From assembly GCF_006345805.1 (NCBI RefSeq), contig NC_042997.1, positions 111,228,001 through 111,292,000 on the forward strand: 64,000 bases of DNA, written 5' to 3'. The notes beneath the pieces are model-generated. The model had not been told where the DNA came from. It saw only the letters and a program-made list of their open reading frames with translations, and searched no databases. Of this stretch, positions 26,615 to 39,430 are shown piece after piece. A program made the position numbers and the translations under genes. Within the stretch, counting starts at the first letter, position 1. Each line of letters opens with the position of its first letter. The DNA comes from Octopus sinensis (lineage: Eukaryota).

Positions 26615-27385
26615 TAAACGCAACAATACTGGCCTCAGTAAATTAATTTGGTCTCTAAAGGAACATAATATACAATACGTTTTGGAATGGAAAATTTTTA
26701 TCTAGATCTTTCCCATATGACAAAGGTAGATCTTTTTCTCCGCTTGGTAACAAAGAGCTATTTTTCATCCTTTTCTTGAAGATTACTTTTGTAAATGCAT
26801 TTAAAGAATACGTTTATCATCTCATCAGGGGGAAAAAAGGAAAAAACACATCAATAAGCCATTTTAACCGAATCTGTTTGCCATATATGTAAGTATATGA
26901 TGTAAGGAGAACGCTAGCAAGTTATTATTTAAAAAAAATCATTAATAGATTTAACAACAAAAGTAAATTAGAGAAAGAGAAGGAGGTGAGAGAAGAAATT
27001 AACATTAAATTAAAAGTGGAGAAATATAGTGTGATAGATGAATGGGAATAAAGTTTAAAAGCATGGAAATAGATATATGTAGTGGAAATGAAATGTAAGA
27101 AGACAGTTAAAGGTCGAATTTTATAGATTGGTAGAAATTACTTATAGGAACTAAAGGTATGTTTTTGCCAATGTTTACAACGATAAACGTATTCTTTAAA
27201 TGCATTTACAAAAGTAATCTTCAAGAAAAGGATGAAAAATAGCTCTTCGTTACCAAGCGGAGAAAAAGATCTACCTTTGTCATATGGGAAAGATCTAGAT
27301 AAAAATTTTCCATTCCAAAACGTATTGTATATTATGTTCCTTTAGAGACCAAATTAATTTACTGAGGCCAGTATTGTTGCGTTTA
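26615..27385. repeat. Near-perfect 204-bp inverted repeat with 363-bp spacer
   Basis: 26615-26818 vs 27182-27385: one mismatch by eye. Confidence 0.9.
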
Positions 27386-27715
27386 TTGATATATCTAAAT
27401 GTAAAATAATGGTTAGATATTCTTTTCGACAACTGGGACGAAGTGCTACCTATATATAAAAAGACATCAGAATCGGAAGTAATTTTACATTGATAAACAG
27501 TTTCAAGTCTTAGAATTATTGCTAAGGAAACGAATTCGATTCCAATTCATATCAGAAATATCAGTATTGTTTTTATTGTTGCTCGAAGAATGGTTAGTGT
27601 TAAGAATATCACTGTTATTATTTTCATTAAGTGGGTTTGTATTTAATAACTTATGGTTATGTGAAGAAATGATTTGTGAAAGGTTTTTGAAAAACCTATC
27701 CCAATTTGGTGTGAA
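26820..27715 (-). mobile_element. Decayed Naiad-type PLE: linker + GIY-YIG EN + 3' UTR
   Basis: IISSHNHKLL linker; TVYQCKITSDSDVFLYIGSTSSQLSKRISNH..LSKLIWSLK..LEWKI; frameshifts; ends at a truncated ccCTGATGAG. Confidence 0.8.
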
Positions 27716-27769
27716 TGTGTGTGTGTGTGTAATTCGTCCTTAGTTGAAAGACACCTGTTGTTAATGCCT

Positions 27770-28035
27770 TTATTTACATTTGTACTAGTGTACTGTTTCT
27801 CCGTTTTCTCTGTCCCTGTTTTCATATACATTCGCTGCTTTCTTCCAAGGAATCTAGTGCTCTTAGCTTAGTTTTTCCTTGGGGCTGGCCAGATTGGAGC
27901 AGTCTCAAGTATAACCAGTCAAAACTGCAAAGATAATCTAGAACTCGACTGAAGAAAGAAAACTCTGAATGACCCGTCCTTGTTGCTTTGTATCATCTGT
28001 CTGGATGTTTTGTTGTCCTTTTTTGGGTATTCCTC
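27770..28035 (+). mobile_element. PLE pLTR-like dispersed repeat
   Basis: Homologous to 12165-12440(-) and 21680-21800(+); degenerate CTGAAGA..GAAT core-like motif. Confidence 0.55.
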
Positions 28036-28156
28036 TTTATATAAATATAGTGGTCTTATTTTTTTTATTTCCAAGGTGCATTTTCGCTTATTTTTCTTCT
28101 TACTTTCCCCTTACATTTCCATATGTAGTTTCCATTTTCTTTTTGTAACATATTTC

Positions 28157-28255
<99 letters not shown>

Positions 28256-28292
28256 GTGAAATAGAAAGATGAATAATCTTGTAGTAGATTCC

Positions 28293-28384
28293 TTTTTTCT
28301 TCCTGAAGAGAAAGACACAATATGGTCCCATTATTCAATCGGATTTTGGTAATTTGTGCCTTTCGAAACACGTGTAGAATGAAA
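28293..28384 (+). ncRNA. Type I hammerhead ribozyme motif, intact core
   Basis: ttc-CTGAAGA(28303)-gaaagacacaa-[loop]-ttgtgcctttc-GAAAC-ACGT-GTA-gaa; predicted cleavage after 28376. Confidence 0.72.
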
Positions 28385-28435
28385 TAAAACGATTTCTGTT
28401 CAATCTGCGTTCAGCTCCATTTCTTCAATTCACCA

Positions 28436-28459
<24 letters not shown>

Positions 28460-28468
<9 letters not shown>

Positions 28469-28790
28469 CATACACATGCATATATGGGTACAGGATATCA
28501 CTAACGGTTCAAACAACATGAAATACACAAACAAATGGGTTAAATACATAAACAACGAGAAAAAATGGAAAACAGGACAAGTAAGCACAGAGAAACAACC
28601 CTTCATCAGTTGTCGGCTATCTATCTACTCCTCATTTCAAGCATTCAATAACAATATGAGTCTTCAAAGACAGTTGCTCCCATAAATTTTTAAATAAAAT
28701 TTTGGATTTATGGAAGGTCAAAGTTGGGAACAAAAACATGACAGTGGAGACATACAAGGAGACCGGATGAAAACAAACATGGAGGGTCGC
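28460..28790. repeat. Dispersed repeat (probable PLE terminal fragment)
   Basis: Homologous to 41200-41500 and, inverted, 62720-62950; contains cccttcatcagttgtcggct (reverse strand caaCTGATGAaggg). Confidence 0.55.
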
Positions 28791-28794
28791 TAGA

Positions 28795-31380
28795 CCAGAA
28801 CGAGAGGAAAGTAATTACATCTACAATTTCCATTCAAGCAATATAAAAGTAGGAAAAGAATACTGGAGTTGTGAGAAAAGAAGGCTGTTTTAAGTGTGAA
28901 TTCACACCGTAATGGGAAACAATGAGCCGAAAATTATTTATTTTTCCAGTGGGCACCTTCATCCAGCTGAAGTAGATTTGTTAAATGCTAGAAAAACAGT
29001 TGCAGAAACAAAGCATGAAGCAGTGTAAAACAGAGCAGCAAGTTTGTGCAGAATAATAATGGCTAAGTTTACGCAGCTAACAGAAAATACTTGCTCTCAA
29101 CTTCCTCGTTTGCCTGTACTTTCAAGGATTATTCAAAGGTGTCAACAAAAAAAATCTGGATTTCCTGCTAATCCAGAGGGTAGAACTGGCTTTGAAATAC
29201 TTGAAGAATATTGTAAACTCGATAATGGTGAACAGTTTCTGAGATACGATTCGGATGAACAGCGCATACAAGTATTTGTATCAGAAAGTGCTCATCAGGA
29301 TATAGCATCATATTGTCTTTGGGCATGTGATGGAACGTCCAAAATTTTGCCAGAACAGTGGTTTCAACTGTTTAGCATTCATGTACAAGTTAAAGGTAGC
29401 AGTTTTCCACAGGTCTTTGCATTACTGCCAAATAAAACAAATATTTTCAAGCAACTGAAAATTATGCAACCTAATGCATATCCGTTTGATCTCATGGCAG
29501 ATTTTGAAGTTGCAGTTCATAAGGTATTTAATTCATTGGTCCCTAATCCATCCATCACGGCATGTTTGTTTCATTTGAGCCAATCAGTGTTTCGAAAAAT
29601 TACAGATTAAGGGCTCAAAGAAAAATACAATAAAGACTCTGAATTCTGTCTTAAAATTCGATGTTTCTTAGCATTAGCCTTCTGTGGGATGATGTCAGCA
29701 GCTGGGGAGCAGACCAGAACTTGGGGCTGACCGGAAGAGGAAGGGGCAGGAGTGACGCATGCACAGGCAAGGGAGTATTGGGCCTTTTCGATCAGGTTAG
29801 CCAACAGAGCTGGACGTGTGAGCGCTTCATCAAGGTAAGGGAAAAGCAGCTGCTATTTTTAGCGTTCGGGTCGGGCCACGTTGAAGGGTGCATTACCACC
29901 AGAGAGGTCTGCGTCGACGAAGAGAAGAAGACATGTCTTGGACCTTCGCAGGATTGTCGCTTCGTCGGATGACGATTGTGGGGAGGAGGAGAATGAGGCG
30001 CCTAGCTTGAGAAGATTTCAATGCACAAGGCGCCCTCCCAGCTGGATGGTGGACTTCAACATGGAGTAGAGAGAATGTGATCTTTAAGATCAGGGTGGCA
30101 TGTGGGATGACGTCAGCAGCTGGGAAGCTGACTGGAACTTGGGGCTGACCAGAAGAGGAAGGGGCAGGAGTGATGCACATGCAGGCAGGGGAGCATTGGG
30201 CCTTTTCAATCGGGGTAGCTGACAGAGCTGGTGGACATGTGAGCGCATTGTCAAGGTAAGGGAAAAGCAGCTACTACTTTTAGCGTTTGGGTCGGGCTAC
30301 GTGAAAGGGTGTGTTACCACCGGAGAGGTCTGCATCGACGAAGAGAAGGTAGGCGTCTTTATTTTAAATCTCCTGCATACACCACACCTTCCTACCTGTT
30401 GAAGATGTTGAAGAGGTCTATGAAGAATTAAAAGTCGATGAAGAAGTACCTGCTGAATTCATCGTTTACTTGCATAGGATTTGTGAGAGGACGTAGTGCT
30501 AGACGAAGGAGAGAACCACCTGCATTTCCGATAGCTGTATGAAATGTTAATCAGCGTATTCTTCAAGATCTTCTCAGAACAAATAATGCTGAGGAGGAGC
30601 TTCATTCTATGATAAAGCATTCAGCAGGTGAAACACATTTGAATATTTGGAAATTAATCAAAACTCTGAAGGAGATAGATCAAATTCATGAACATGACAT
30701 CGAAAAATAACTGAACACCTCAAAAGATTGGTCATTGAAAATGGGTCAACAAGAAAAATTGGTTTTTTAAAGAGTGTGGCATATAATTTGCATCAATTTT
30801 AAATGATCATAATAAATCATTATTTATATTCTCTTTACTCTTTTACTTGTTTCACTCATTTGACTGCAGCCATGCTAGAGCACTGCCTTTAGTCGAGTAA
30901 ATCGACGACAGGACTTATTCTTTGTCAAGCTAGGGGGACAAACATAGGCACACAAATATACACACACGTACTCATATATATACATATATTCAACAGGCTT
31001 CTTTCAGTTTCCGTCTACCAAATCCACTCACAAGGTTTTGGTCGGCCCAGAGCTATAGTAGAAGACACTTGCCCAATATGCTACGCATTGGGACTGAACT
31101 GAGAACCATGTGGTTGGTAAGCAAGCTTCTTACCATACAGCCACTCCTGTGCTTATATGTTATTACTTTTTGAAAATGACTTTTTTTAAATGAATTTTCC
31201 CACAGTATTTTACTTAAATCATGTCAATGAAATTATCAATGATTATTTGATTTTCATGTTCACCTTGTTTTCTAAAGAGTTTATTTAAAATTGGACATAA
31301 AAGTCATTGGAGAAAAAAACCATCTGACGTCGGACCAAAAAACGTGGACAAAGTGACATCGGACGAAATGTCGGGTCACG
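28795..31380 (+). mobile_element. Decayed Mutator-like (MULE) DNA transposon, interrupted by LTR element and SINE
   Basis: FLYWCH-like YIYNF..GKEYWSCEKR; core WACDGTSK..QLFSIH..FALLP..ADFE..CLFHLSQ; after the insert LPVEDV..RTNNAE..H..IWKLI; TIR-like ggacgaaatgtcgggtcacg at 31361-31380. Confidence 0.85.
29683..30386 (+). mobile_element. Internally deleted LTR retrotransposon (Gypsy-like): partial 5' LTR, pol tail, complete 286-bp 3' LTR
   Basis: TG..CA ends; 5-bp TSD CCTTC (29678-29682, 30387-30391); LTR repeat starts 29683 and 30101; LRRFQCTRRPPSWMVDF* resembles Gypsy pol C-termini. Confidence 0.78.
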
Positions 31381-31731
31381 TGTATATCCAAGTGTGTGTG
31401 TTATTGCGCCTGTGTTTGCCCCCACCCACCATCACTGCTTGACAACCGGTGTTGATGTGTTTACGTCCCATAACTTAGCAGGCTTTAACAAGCATAAGTA
31501 CTGAGGTCGATTCATTCGACTAAAAATTCAAGGTGGTGCCCCAGCATGGTGGCAGTCTAATGCCTGAAACAAGTACAAGATAATATATATATATTTACAC
31601 ACACACACACACATCTATTTATACGCATATATATACATACATATATAAATATATACATAGACACATATCTATCTATCTGTCTATCGATCTATCTATCTAT
31701 TTATCTCTCTCTCTCTCTATCTATCTATCGA

Positions 31732-31815
<84 letters not shown>

Positions 31816-31959
31816 GAGATAAATAGATTCTTTCAAACATTTCTTTCATTATCTCTATATAATGAAAAAAAAGTGGAGTATTTTTCATGGCTGTAAACAG
31901 TGAGGGAAGGCAGAAAAAATGGCGGGAAAATGTTTCCATCACTCTTCGTTTTTCATTCA

Positions 31960-32071
31960 AGGCTGTTATTGTCGTCGCTATATTTGTTGCTGCAGTTGTT
32001 GTTGTTGTGGTTGTTGTTGTTGCAGTTGTTGTTGTTGTGGTTGTTGTTGTTGTGGTTGTTGTTGCTGTTGT

Positions 32072-32118
<47 letters not shown>

Positions 32119-32225
32119 CTGCTCAAATGGCATTTGCTGCTGATTGTGTTGTTGTTGCAACTGTAGCTGTTGTTTCTTCTATTTTTTGTTGTTGTTGCTG
32201 CTATTAAACTATCTGCTGTTGCTCT
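31960..32225. repeat. Compound (GTT/GCT)n trinucleotide repeat
   Basis: Directly visible; follows (CTAT)n at 31670-31815. Confidence 0.9.
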
Positions 32226-32275
32226 TAGCTTTCATGTTGCTGTAGGCATCGTTCTTATCGTCATTACTGTTGCTA

Positions 32276-32649
32276 CGTGGAAGCGCAATGGCCCAGTGGT
32301 TAGAGTAGCGGACTCGCGGTCGTAGGATCGCGGTTTCGATTCCCAGGCCGGGCGTTGTGAGTGTTTGTTAGCCAAAAGACCTAAAGTTCCATGTGGCTCC
32401 AGCAGGGTGGGGGTGACAAACCCTGCTATACTCTTTCACCACAACTTCCTCCCTCTTTCTTCCTGTTTCTGTTGCACCTGTATTTCAACGGGGCCAGCCT
32501 GTGTCACACTGAATCTCCCCGAGAACTACGTTAAGGGTACACGTGTCTGTGGAGTACTCAGCCACTTGCACGTTAATTTCACGATCAGGCTGCTCCGTTG
32601 ATCAGATCCACTGGAACCCTCATCGTCGCAACCGACGGAGTGCCACGTC
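32276..32649 (+). mobile_element. Full-length tRNA-SINE with 10-bp TSD
   Basis: A/B boxes tggcccagtgg / gtttcgattccc; TSD actgttgcta at 32266-32275 and 32650-32659. Confidence 0.88.
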
Positions 32650-33774
32650 ACTGTTGCTATTCTTGTTGTTGTTGTCATTTTTGTTCAAGTTACTTTTCTT
32701 ATATCTTTGCATATTTTAAACCTGTCCCCTAAACCACTTCTAGCCACATCCCCTAATTCTCATATATATCCCCTAACGTAGTTATGAATGACATCTAGGG
32801 CTGTAGCTATCGTTTGAACCATATTTTACTCTATATAACAAGACCCCCTAATTACGTATTCTTATTATAATAGTCCATTAAATCTTCATCTCATAAATGG
32901 CGAAATATTCGATAGTCCAGCGTTTGGCTTCCAGGCTCAAAGGCTATCATTTATTTATCATACCCTATTTACTGCGTTTTTGCTTGATATCATATTTTGG
33001 TTTATTATTCTATGTTATATTATATATCGCTATAAAAACTGTGTGTAAGTGTAGATGGCTACATGAATGCACGTATGGGGGCGTCTGTATGTATAAGCAC
33101 GTGTATGTGCGTACGTACATACACACACACACACACACACTCATATATATACTCACACACATGGATAAGTACGAATGTAAGTGAAAACACACAGGCATGC
33201 ACGCTCGGATACGTAAGTATTTATGTATAGAAATATCGAAATATAGGACTGCATGCATGCACGTGTGCGCGCGTGTGTGTCGAGTATTGTATATGTGTTT
33301 ATATGTACGGGTAGATGTATATAAATATATGCATATATGTATGTATATTTATGTAAAGGCAGTGTTCCAGCATGGTCACAGTCAAATGACTGAAACCACT
33401 AAAAGAATTAAAGAATTTATAAATGCGATCGATCTCGCAAACACAATATAAGCTGTTTATCCGCCAAATTTGCTGCGGGATTGCATTTAGCGAGACTCCC
33501 TGATAACGATAGATGTGAAAACACCTAAAAACTATACATCAGGTAAGTCTCCTTAGAATATCCATTTACTTCACTTTCTCTATAAATACGATCGTTTTCC
33601 TTTTTAAATATTATTTATTCATAATGCTAGTCGGTGAATGGGTCATCTAGTTTTACCATGCTAAAGTTTTGCTTGAGGATTGTGGAGTTTGCTGTGATGT
33701 AATCTAAAAATGCGTCAATAAAAGGCTACCAAAACGAGTGTAGTAAATTTTATACACACACACATATAAGAGGT

Positions 33775-33897
33775 CTGATCAAAAATTACAACCTGCATCA
33801 CTTCGGTATTTAATCCCCTTCGAAGAAGTCCCTTCGGAAGTCACACACTTCATATCTGTTACCATAGCTACAGTTCCGATACATTTTGATCAAACCT
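33775..33897. mobile_element. Short mariner-derived MITE relic
   Basis: aggtctgatcaaaa / ttttgatcaaacct ends; internal ttcgaagaagtccc motif resembles mariner sub-terminal sequence. Confidence 0.4.
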
Positions 33898-33944
33898 TCC
33901 TTGCGCACGCGTGTTTTATCTATGTTTGTATGTACATATATAGT

Positions 33945-34140
33945 CTCCATGCTTGACTGCTAAATCCACGGTTTTTTTTTCATGCTCTGTTTATTTTCTC
34001 TTATTCCTTTCTGTTGAAGAGCGTAGGCTCGAAACATAAAAGACTTTTTCATCTTTCCTTTTCCCAAGCGTCAAACTAATACGCCTGCTTGTTGTTCATA
34101 CACATGTGTTCGTCTTTTGTTTTTCTACAAATTTCAGTTA
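33945..34140 (+). mobile_element. About 200-bp PLE pLTR-like element with variant hammerhead core
   Basis: CTGTTGA-a-gagc-gtag-gctc-GAAAC; homologues at 18850-19020, 35480-35670, 40150-40375. Confidence 0.65.
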
Positions 34141-34340
34141 CATATACATATATATTTATACACACAAGTATGTAAGTATAAATGTATATATACATCTATG
34201 TATGTATATATTTTATTTACTTTTTATTTTATTTTTTATTTTATCTAGTTTCAGCTCACGAGCTGTGGCCATGCTGGGGCGCCGCCATCTATATATATAT
34301 AAATATTTATTATATATATATATGTTTGCATACATACATA

Positions 34341-34395
<55 letters not shown>

Positions 34396-35093
34396 TATTA
34401 TATATATATATATAATATATATATATATATGAACACATACGTCCACATGCACTTATATACTAATGATGTAAATAAATACATGGCAGGTATACATAATACT
34501 GAAATACATATAAACACATGCAGACAAATATATTAATATAACAAATTAAAAATAATAAAAACAATAACATAAAAAAACACTATAGAAATCAATGAACGGG
34601 CAAAAGAAACAGTAAGATGATAAATGTTGACTTTATTAGGTAACAGGTCATTTCACAGACACTAAACTATAAATTTCACAGGGTACAACCTTAAAGTTAA
34701 CACCGCTACAACACAGAAAATTTCTGCTTCACTATTGGCTAAAGATACACAATTTTTTTTTTTTCGATTTTTAAACCTCTGACGGTTTCCTCAATTTTTT
34801 TTCTCCACAAGATCACGGTTTCACAGCAATCAGAGTGGAAAACTACATAAATACAACCGATTTTCAGATTTTTTACTTCCTTCTAAAAAATGCAGATTCA
34901 GTGAATCAATTGAGTTCAATCCAATGTCTGTAATGAAAGTAGCATTAATTCTTAAGGACCTTCAATTTCTCTCAACTGATCAATGCACCAACTGAGTAAA
35001 CCAACCAAACGTAACCCTTTAATGGTTACTGGAAACAGCTGTAAGTCTAATTTACTAGAGTAAAGGAATATGGAACAACCATTATTGATGCTT

Positions 35094-35178
<85 letters not shown>

Positions 35179-35384
35179 TTACATACATACATACATGTGT
35201 GTGTGTGGAAATTTTTGGCATTCTTTATTCTCCATTTCCAGTAGGAATCACAAAGATTTATATTTTATATAGACATGTAAGGAATTTCCTATTAGAGAAA
35301 TCGTCAGACAGAAAATTTTAAGATACAGATGTGATTTATAAGTGGATATACTTCAAGAGGAAACAGCTGAGGTTTAACCTAAAC

Positions 35385-35429
<45 letters not shown>

Positions 35430-35673
35430 ATATATATATAATATATATAATATATATATATATATTATATATATATTCGCCCTGATAGATCGCTAGACAC
35501 TAAACCTTTTCTATTTTCTCTCTCTTTATTTCTGTGTTGCTTTCTGTCGAAGAGCATAGGCTCGAAACGTAAAAGACTTTCTCACCTTCCCGCGCGTTAA
35601 ACTAATACATCTGTTTGTTTACACACCCGTCTTCGTCTTTTGTCTTGCATTTTTTTTGTAAATTCTCATTATA

Positions 35674-35793
<120 letters not shown>

Positions 35794-36298
35794 TATATAC
35801 TCTTTTACTTGTTTCAGTCATTTTGACTGTGGCCGTGCTGGAGCACCACCTTAGTCGAGCAAATCGCCCCCAGGACTTATTCTTTGTAAGCCTAGTACTT
35901 ATTCTATCGCTCTCTTTTGCCGAACCGCTAAGTAAACACACCAGCATTGCTTGTCAAGCGGTGTTGGGGGGGACAAACACAGACACACAAGCATATACAC
36001 ACACAAGCATATACACACACATACATATATACATATATATATATACACACACACACACATATATACGATGGGCTTCTTTCAGTTTCCATCTACCAAATCC
36101 ACTCACAAGGCTTTGGTCGGTCCCAAAACACTTGCCCAAGGTGCCACGCAGTGGGACTGAACCTGGAACCATGTAGTTGGTAAGCAAGCTACTTACCACA
36201 CAGCCACTCCTATGCCTAAAATATATATATATGTATGTATCATCTGTAGAAAACATGAATCCAAATAAGAAACACACTCTAAGATGAAGAGCAGTATC

Positions 36299-36535
36299 TA
36301 TTAAAAATGGGGAAGGCTTGTTTATGGTATTACCTTAAGTTTCCCATCTATAAAGGGTTTAGCTTTATGGCATATCGTCAGATCCCAAACCTGTTGGTCC
36401 AAGACCTCTTTAGAATATTTTTAAAAGGTTTGGGACCAACAGGTTTTGGGATCTGACTATACGCCATAAAGGTAAACCATTTATAGACGATGAACCTAAA
36501 GTAATCCCATAAACCAGCCTTCCACATTTTTAATA
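36299..36535. repeat. 237-bp imperfect palindrome
   Basis: Arms of about 110 bp, e.g. tcagatcccaaacctgttggtcc / ggaccaacaggttttgggatctga. Confidence 0.85.
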
Positions 36536-36559
36536 TATATATTGTTTTTGTTTTATTGT

Positions 36560-37445
36560 TTTGTCAGTTTCAGCTCAAAGCTGTGGCCATGCTGGGGCAC
36601 CGTCGTTAACCTTCATCGTTATTATTGAGAGCCTCCTTTGGTATGTGGCATTTGGTGAACAACGGAGTTTGATGTCGCTACCCTCATTTGCACCCCTTGC
36701 CGTGAGGTAGATTCATCAGGGACTCGACAGGAAGAGGTCCAGTTTTGATTTGAAAACACCTACATCCACTATGTGTAGGTCCTTCAAGCTCTTTGGGAGA
36801 ATATTAAAAAGCTGTGGGCCCCTGAAACCCAGGCTGTTGCAGTAACCGGTCCTGAAGCATGATGGCATTACTGGGATCTTTGGCACTGTGCGCTGGCAAC
36901 CCGTTCTGGCATTTGCGTAGCTTTCACTGCCAAAATTTGACACGTGGAGGCATATGGCCTAGTGGTTAGAGCAACGGACTCACGGTCGAGGAATCGCGGG
37001 TTCGAATCTCAGACCGGGCGACGTGTGTGTTTATGAGCGAAACACCTAAGCTCCATGCGGCTCCGGCAGAAGGTAATGGCAAACTTCTGCTGACTCTTTC
37101 GCCACAACTTTCTCTCACTCTTTCCTCTTGCATTTTGCAGTTCACCTGCGATGGACTGGCGTCCCGTCCATGTGGGGAACCTATACGCCAAAGAAACCGG
37201 GAAACAGGCCCTCATGAGCCAGGCATGGCGCGAGAAGGAACAAACAATACAACATAAACAAAATTTGACATAATCCCTTCCAGGATCTTCCTGATGTATA
37301 TTACTGCATATCTCTCCCGCATTCGCTCGAGGGAGTAGGGTCTTAGCTGTTTCAGCCTTTCCCAGTAGCTGAGCTGTTGCAACGAGAAGACCTTCTTTGT
37401 GAAGTTTTGCTGGATTGCTTCAAGGCCCGCTGTTAGTTTTACACT
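36560..37445 (-). mobile_element. CR1-clade LINE 3' end, split by a SINE
   Basis: LEAIQQNFTKK..QLSYWERLKQL..SLERMRERY..IY..GPQLFNILPKSL..FKSKLDLFL; second 3'-end copy at 57590-57840(+). Confidence 0.85.
36943..37258 (+). mobile_element. Full-length tRNA-SINE with V-domain-like module and 12-bp TSD
   Basis: TSD caaaatttgaca at 36931-36942 and 37259-37270; gcgatggactggcgtcccgtcca. Confidence 0.9.
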
Positions 37446-37493
37446 GTGACCATAGCTTGGGAGCTGTTGTCCCAGGTGGCTGAGGATGAATCC

Positions 37494-37525
<32 letters not shown>

Positions 37526-38276
37526 GCAGTTATTATTACTATTATTGCAGTTATTATTACTATTATTATTATTATTATTATAATCATCATCATCACCATT
37601 ATTATTATTGTAGTTATTATTATTATTATTGTTGTTGTTGTTGTTGTTGTTACAGGACCCAGTGTGTTAGAGTACGTAACTCGATCGCTCTAACAGTGCT
37701 CCGCTTCTTATCTTTACACAAACATGTCGATAAGACCATATTTACAACATCAGCAATTCTCGTTGCTTCTCTCTCTCTTCTCCTCTCTATCCCTCTCTCT
37801 CTTTGTCTCCCTTTCTCTCTTTCTACCTATCAGTCAGCACGTCTGTCTGTCTGCCTCTCTTTTTCTGCCCCCCATTCTCTCTTTTTGTTTTTACAATGTA
37901 TTATCAAATCGCTCATCGCAAGCCTCCATTTTTTCACATTCTTTCACAGAATGTTCTTAAAATACTTCGTCGTCGTGTGAAATATATTTATATTTCTATG
38001 TTCTAAATTGATAATTCATTCTGTCGCTTCCAAGCGGACGCAGCCCCAGCTCCCACCCCCACACATCTAAAACTAAGGGGTTTAGTGGAACAAAACGGCA
38101 CCAGTACTTATGTATTTCAGATAAAACTTATTTCATCGACCTCTTTTGACGAACCACTAGATAAAGGGGACGTAAACAAACCAAAATCGGTTGTCATTCG
38201 GTGATGGGGCACAACATGCACAATGATACACACTCACACATCTATTTATATATCTGTCTGTCTGTTGTTTGTCAGC

Positions 38277-38317
<41 letters not shown>

Positions 38318-38344
38318 ATATATATATATATATATATATATGTT

Positions 38345-39430
38345 GAGGCCCAAATATTCTCTAATTTCACTGGTCCCACTCCTGAACTATATGGTCGTTA
38401 CATTGACGACATTATCGGTGCCACCTCACTCGCCCGTGAACATCTAGATTCCTTCCTCTCTTTCGTCCAATCTTTCCATCCAGCCTCCACTTCACTTCCA
38501 CTATCTCCAACACCTCTGTCTCCTTCCTCGACATTTCGGTTAGCATTCTTCACTCCACTCTTACCACCTCCATTCACTACAAACACACAGACTCACACTC
38601 ATACCTCAACTTCTCTTCCTCCCACCAGAACACACCCAGCTTTCCATCCCCTATTCCCAATTCCTCCGTCTACGTAGGCTCTGTAGTGACGACCATGACT
38701 TTGAGACTCAGTCTCAACGTATGGCTCACCACTTCACCCTACGTGGATACCCCTCACCACTATCCACACCGCCCTTGCCAGAGCACGGTCCGTGGACCGT
38801 GTATCTGCTCTCTCTCCCCGAACCCGCCCTGTAGTCTCCCGCCTCCCTTTTCCCCTCACTTACCACCCCACGACCTACGTCTCAACGCACCATTCTTCGA
38901 GCTTTCCGTCATCTCCAGTCCGACCCGTCCACTTCACACCTCTTCCCTAACCGACCCCTCCCCTCTTTCAAACGAGCCCAAACCTTCGAGACCTTTTGGT
39001 CCATAGCTCCTTCCCTGACCCTACATCCCACCCGGCTCGTTCCCCTGCTCCCGCCCACGTTGCCGCCTTGCCCTTACCTCTCCAACACCACCCGCCTCAC
39101 TAGCACCCACCATCGACCCCCTATCCATCATCCACTCCTTCACCTGCACCTCCAGCAATATTATCTATTGCGTCTCTTGCTCTCTCTGCAATTCCTTGTA
39201 CATCGGACAAACGGGACGCCGCTTGGCTGACCGGTTCGCGGAACACCTTCGTGACATCCACCTTGCGAACGACACACCGGTCTCACGCATTTCCGCTCCA
39301 CCGGTCACACTCCTTGCAACACCTATCTGTGTTCGGTTTGTCCTTACACAGAGGCCATCCGGATTCCCGTTTGCGCCGTGAACAGGATTAATCTTCTCTC
39401 TTCGCTCTTATACGCCATTTGGTCTCAACT
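38345..39430 (+). mobile_element. Decayed Penelope-like element (Neptune/Poseidon-type) RT + GIY-YIG
   Basis: YGRYIDDI (RT catalytic), SFLDI, HYKHTDSHSYL, NIIYCVSCSLCNSLYIGQTGRRLADRFAEHLRDI; multiple frameshifts. Confidence 0.9.

Noticed and set aside
31978-32160. Poly-Q ORF (QQLQLQQQHNQQQMPFEQQQ..)
   Set aside because: It is bounded by stops on both sides with no convincing splice sites; it is explained by a trinucleotide repeat.
32278-32355. tRNA-like sequence (also 36945-37020, 5085-5160)
   Set aside because: It runs directly into a SINE body with TSDs and lacks a proper acceptor stem; a SINE head, not a tRNA gene.
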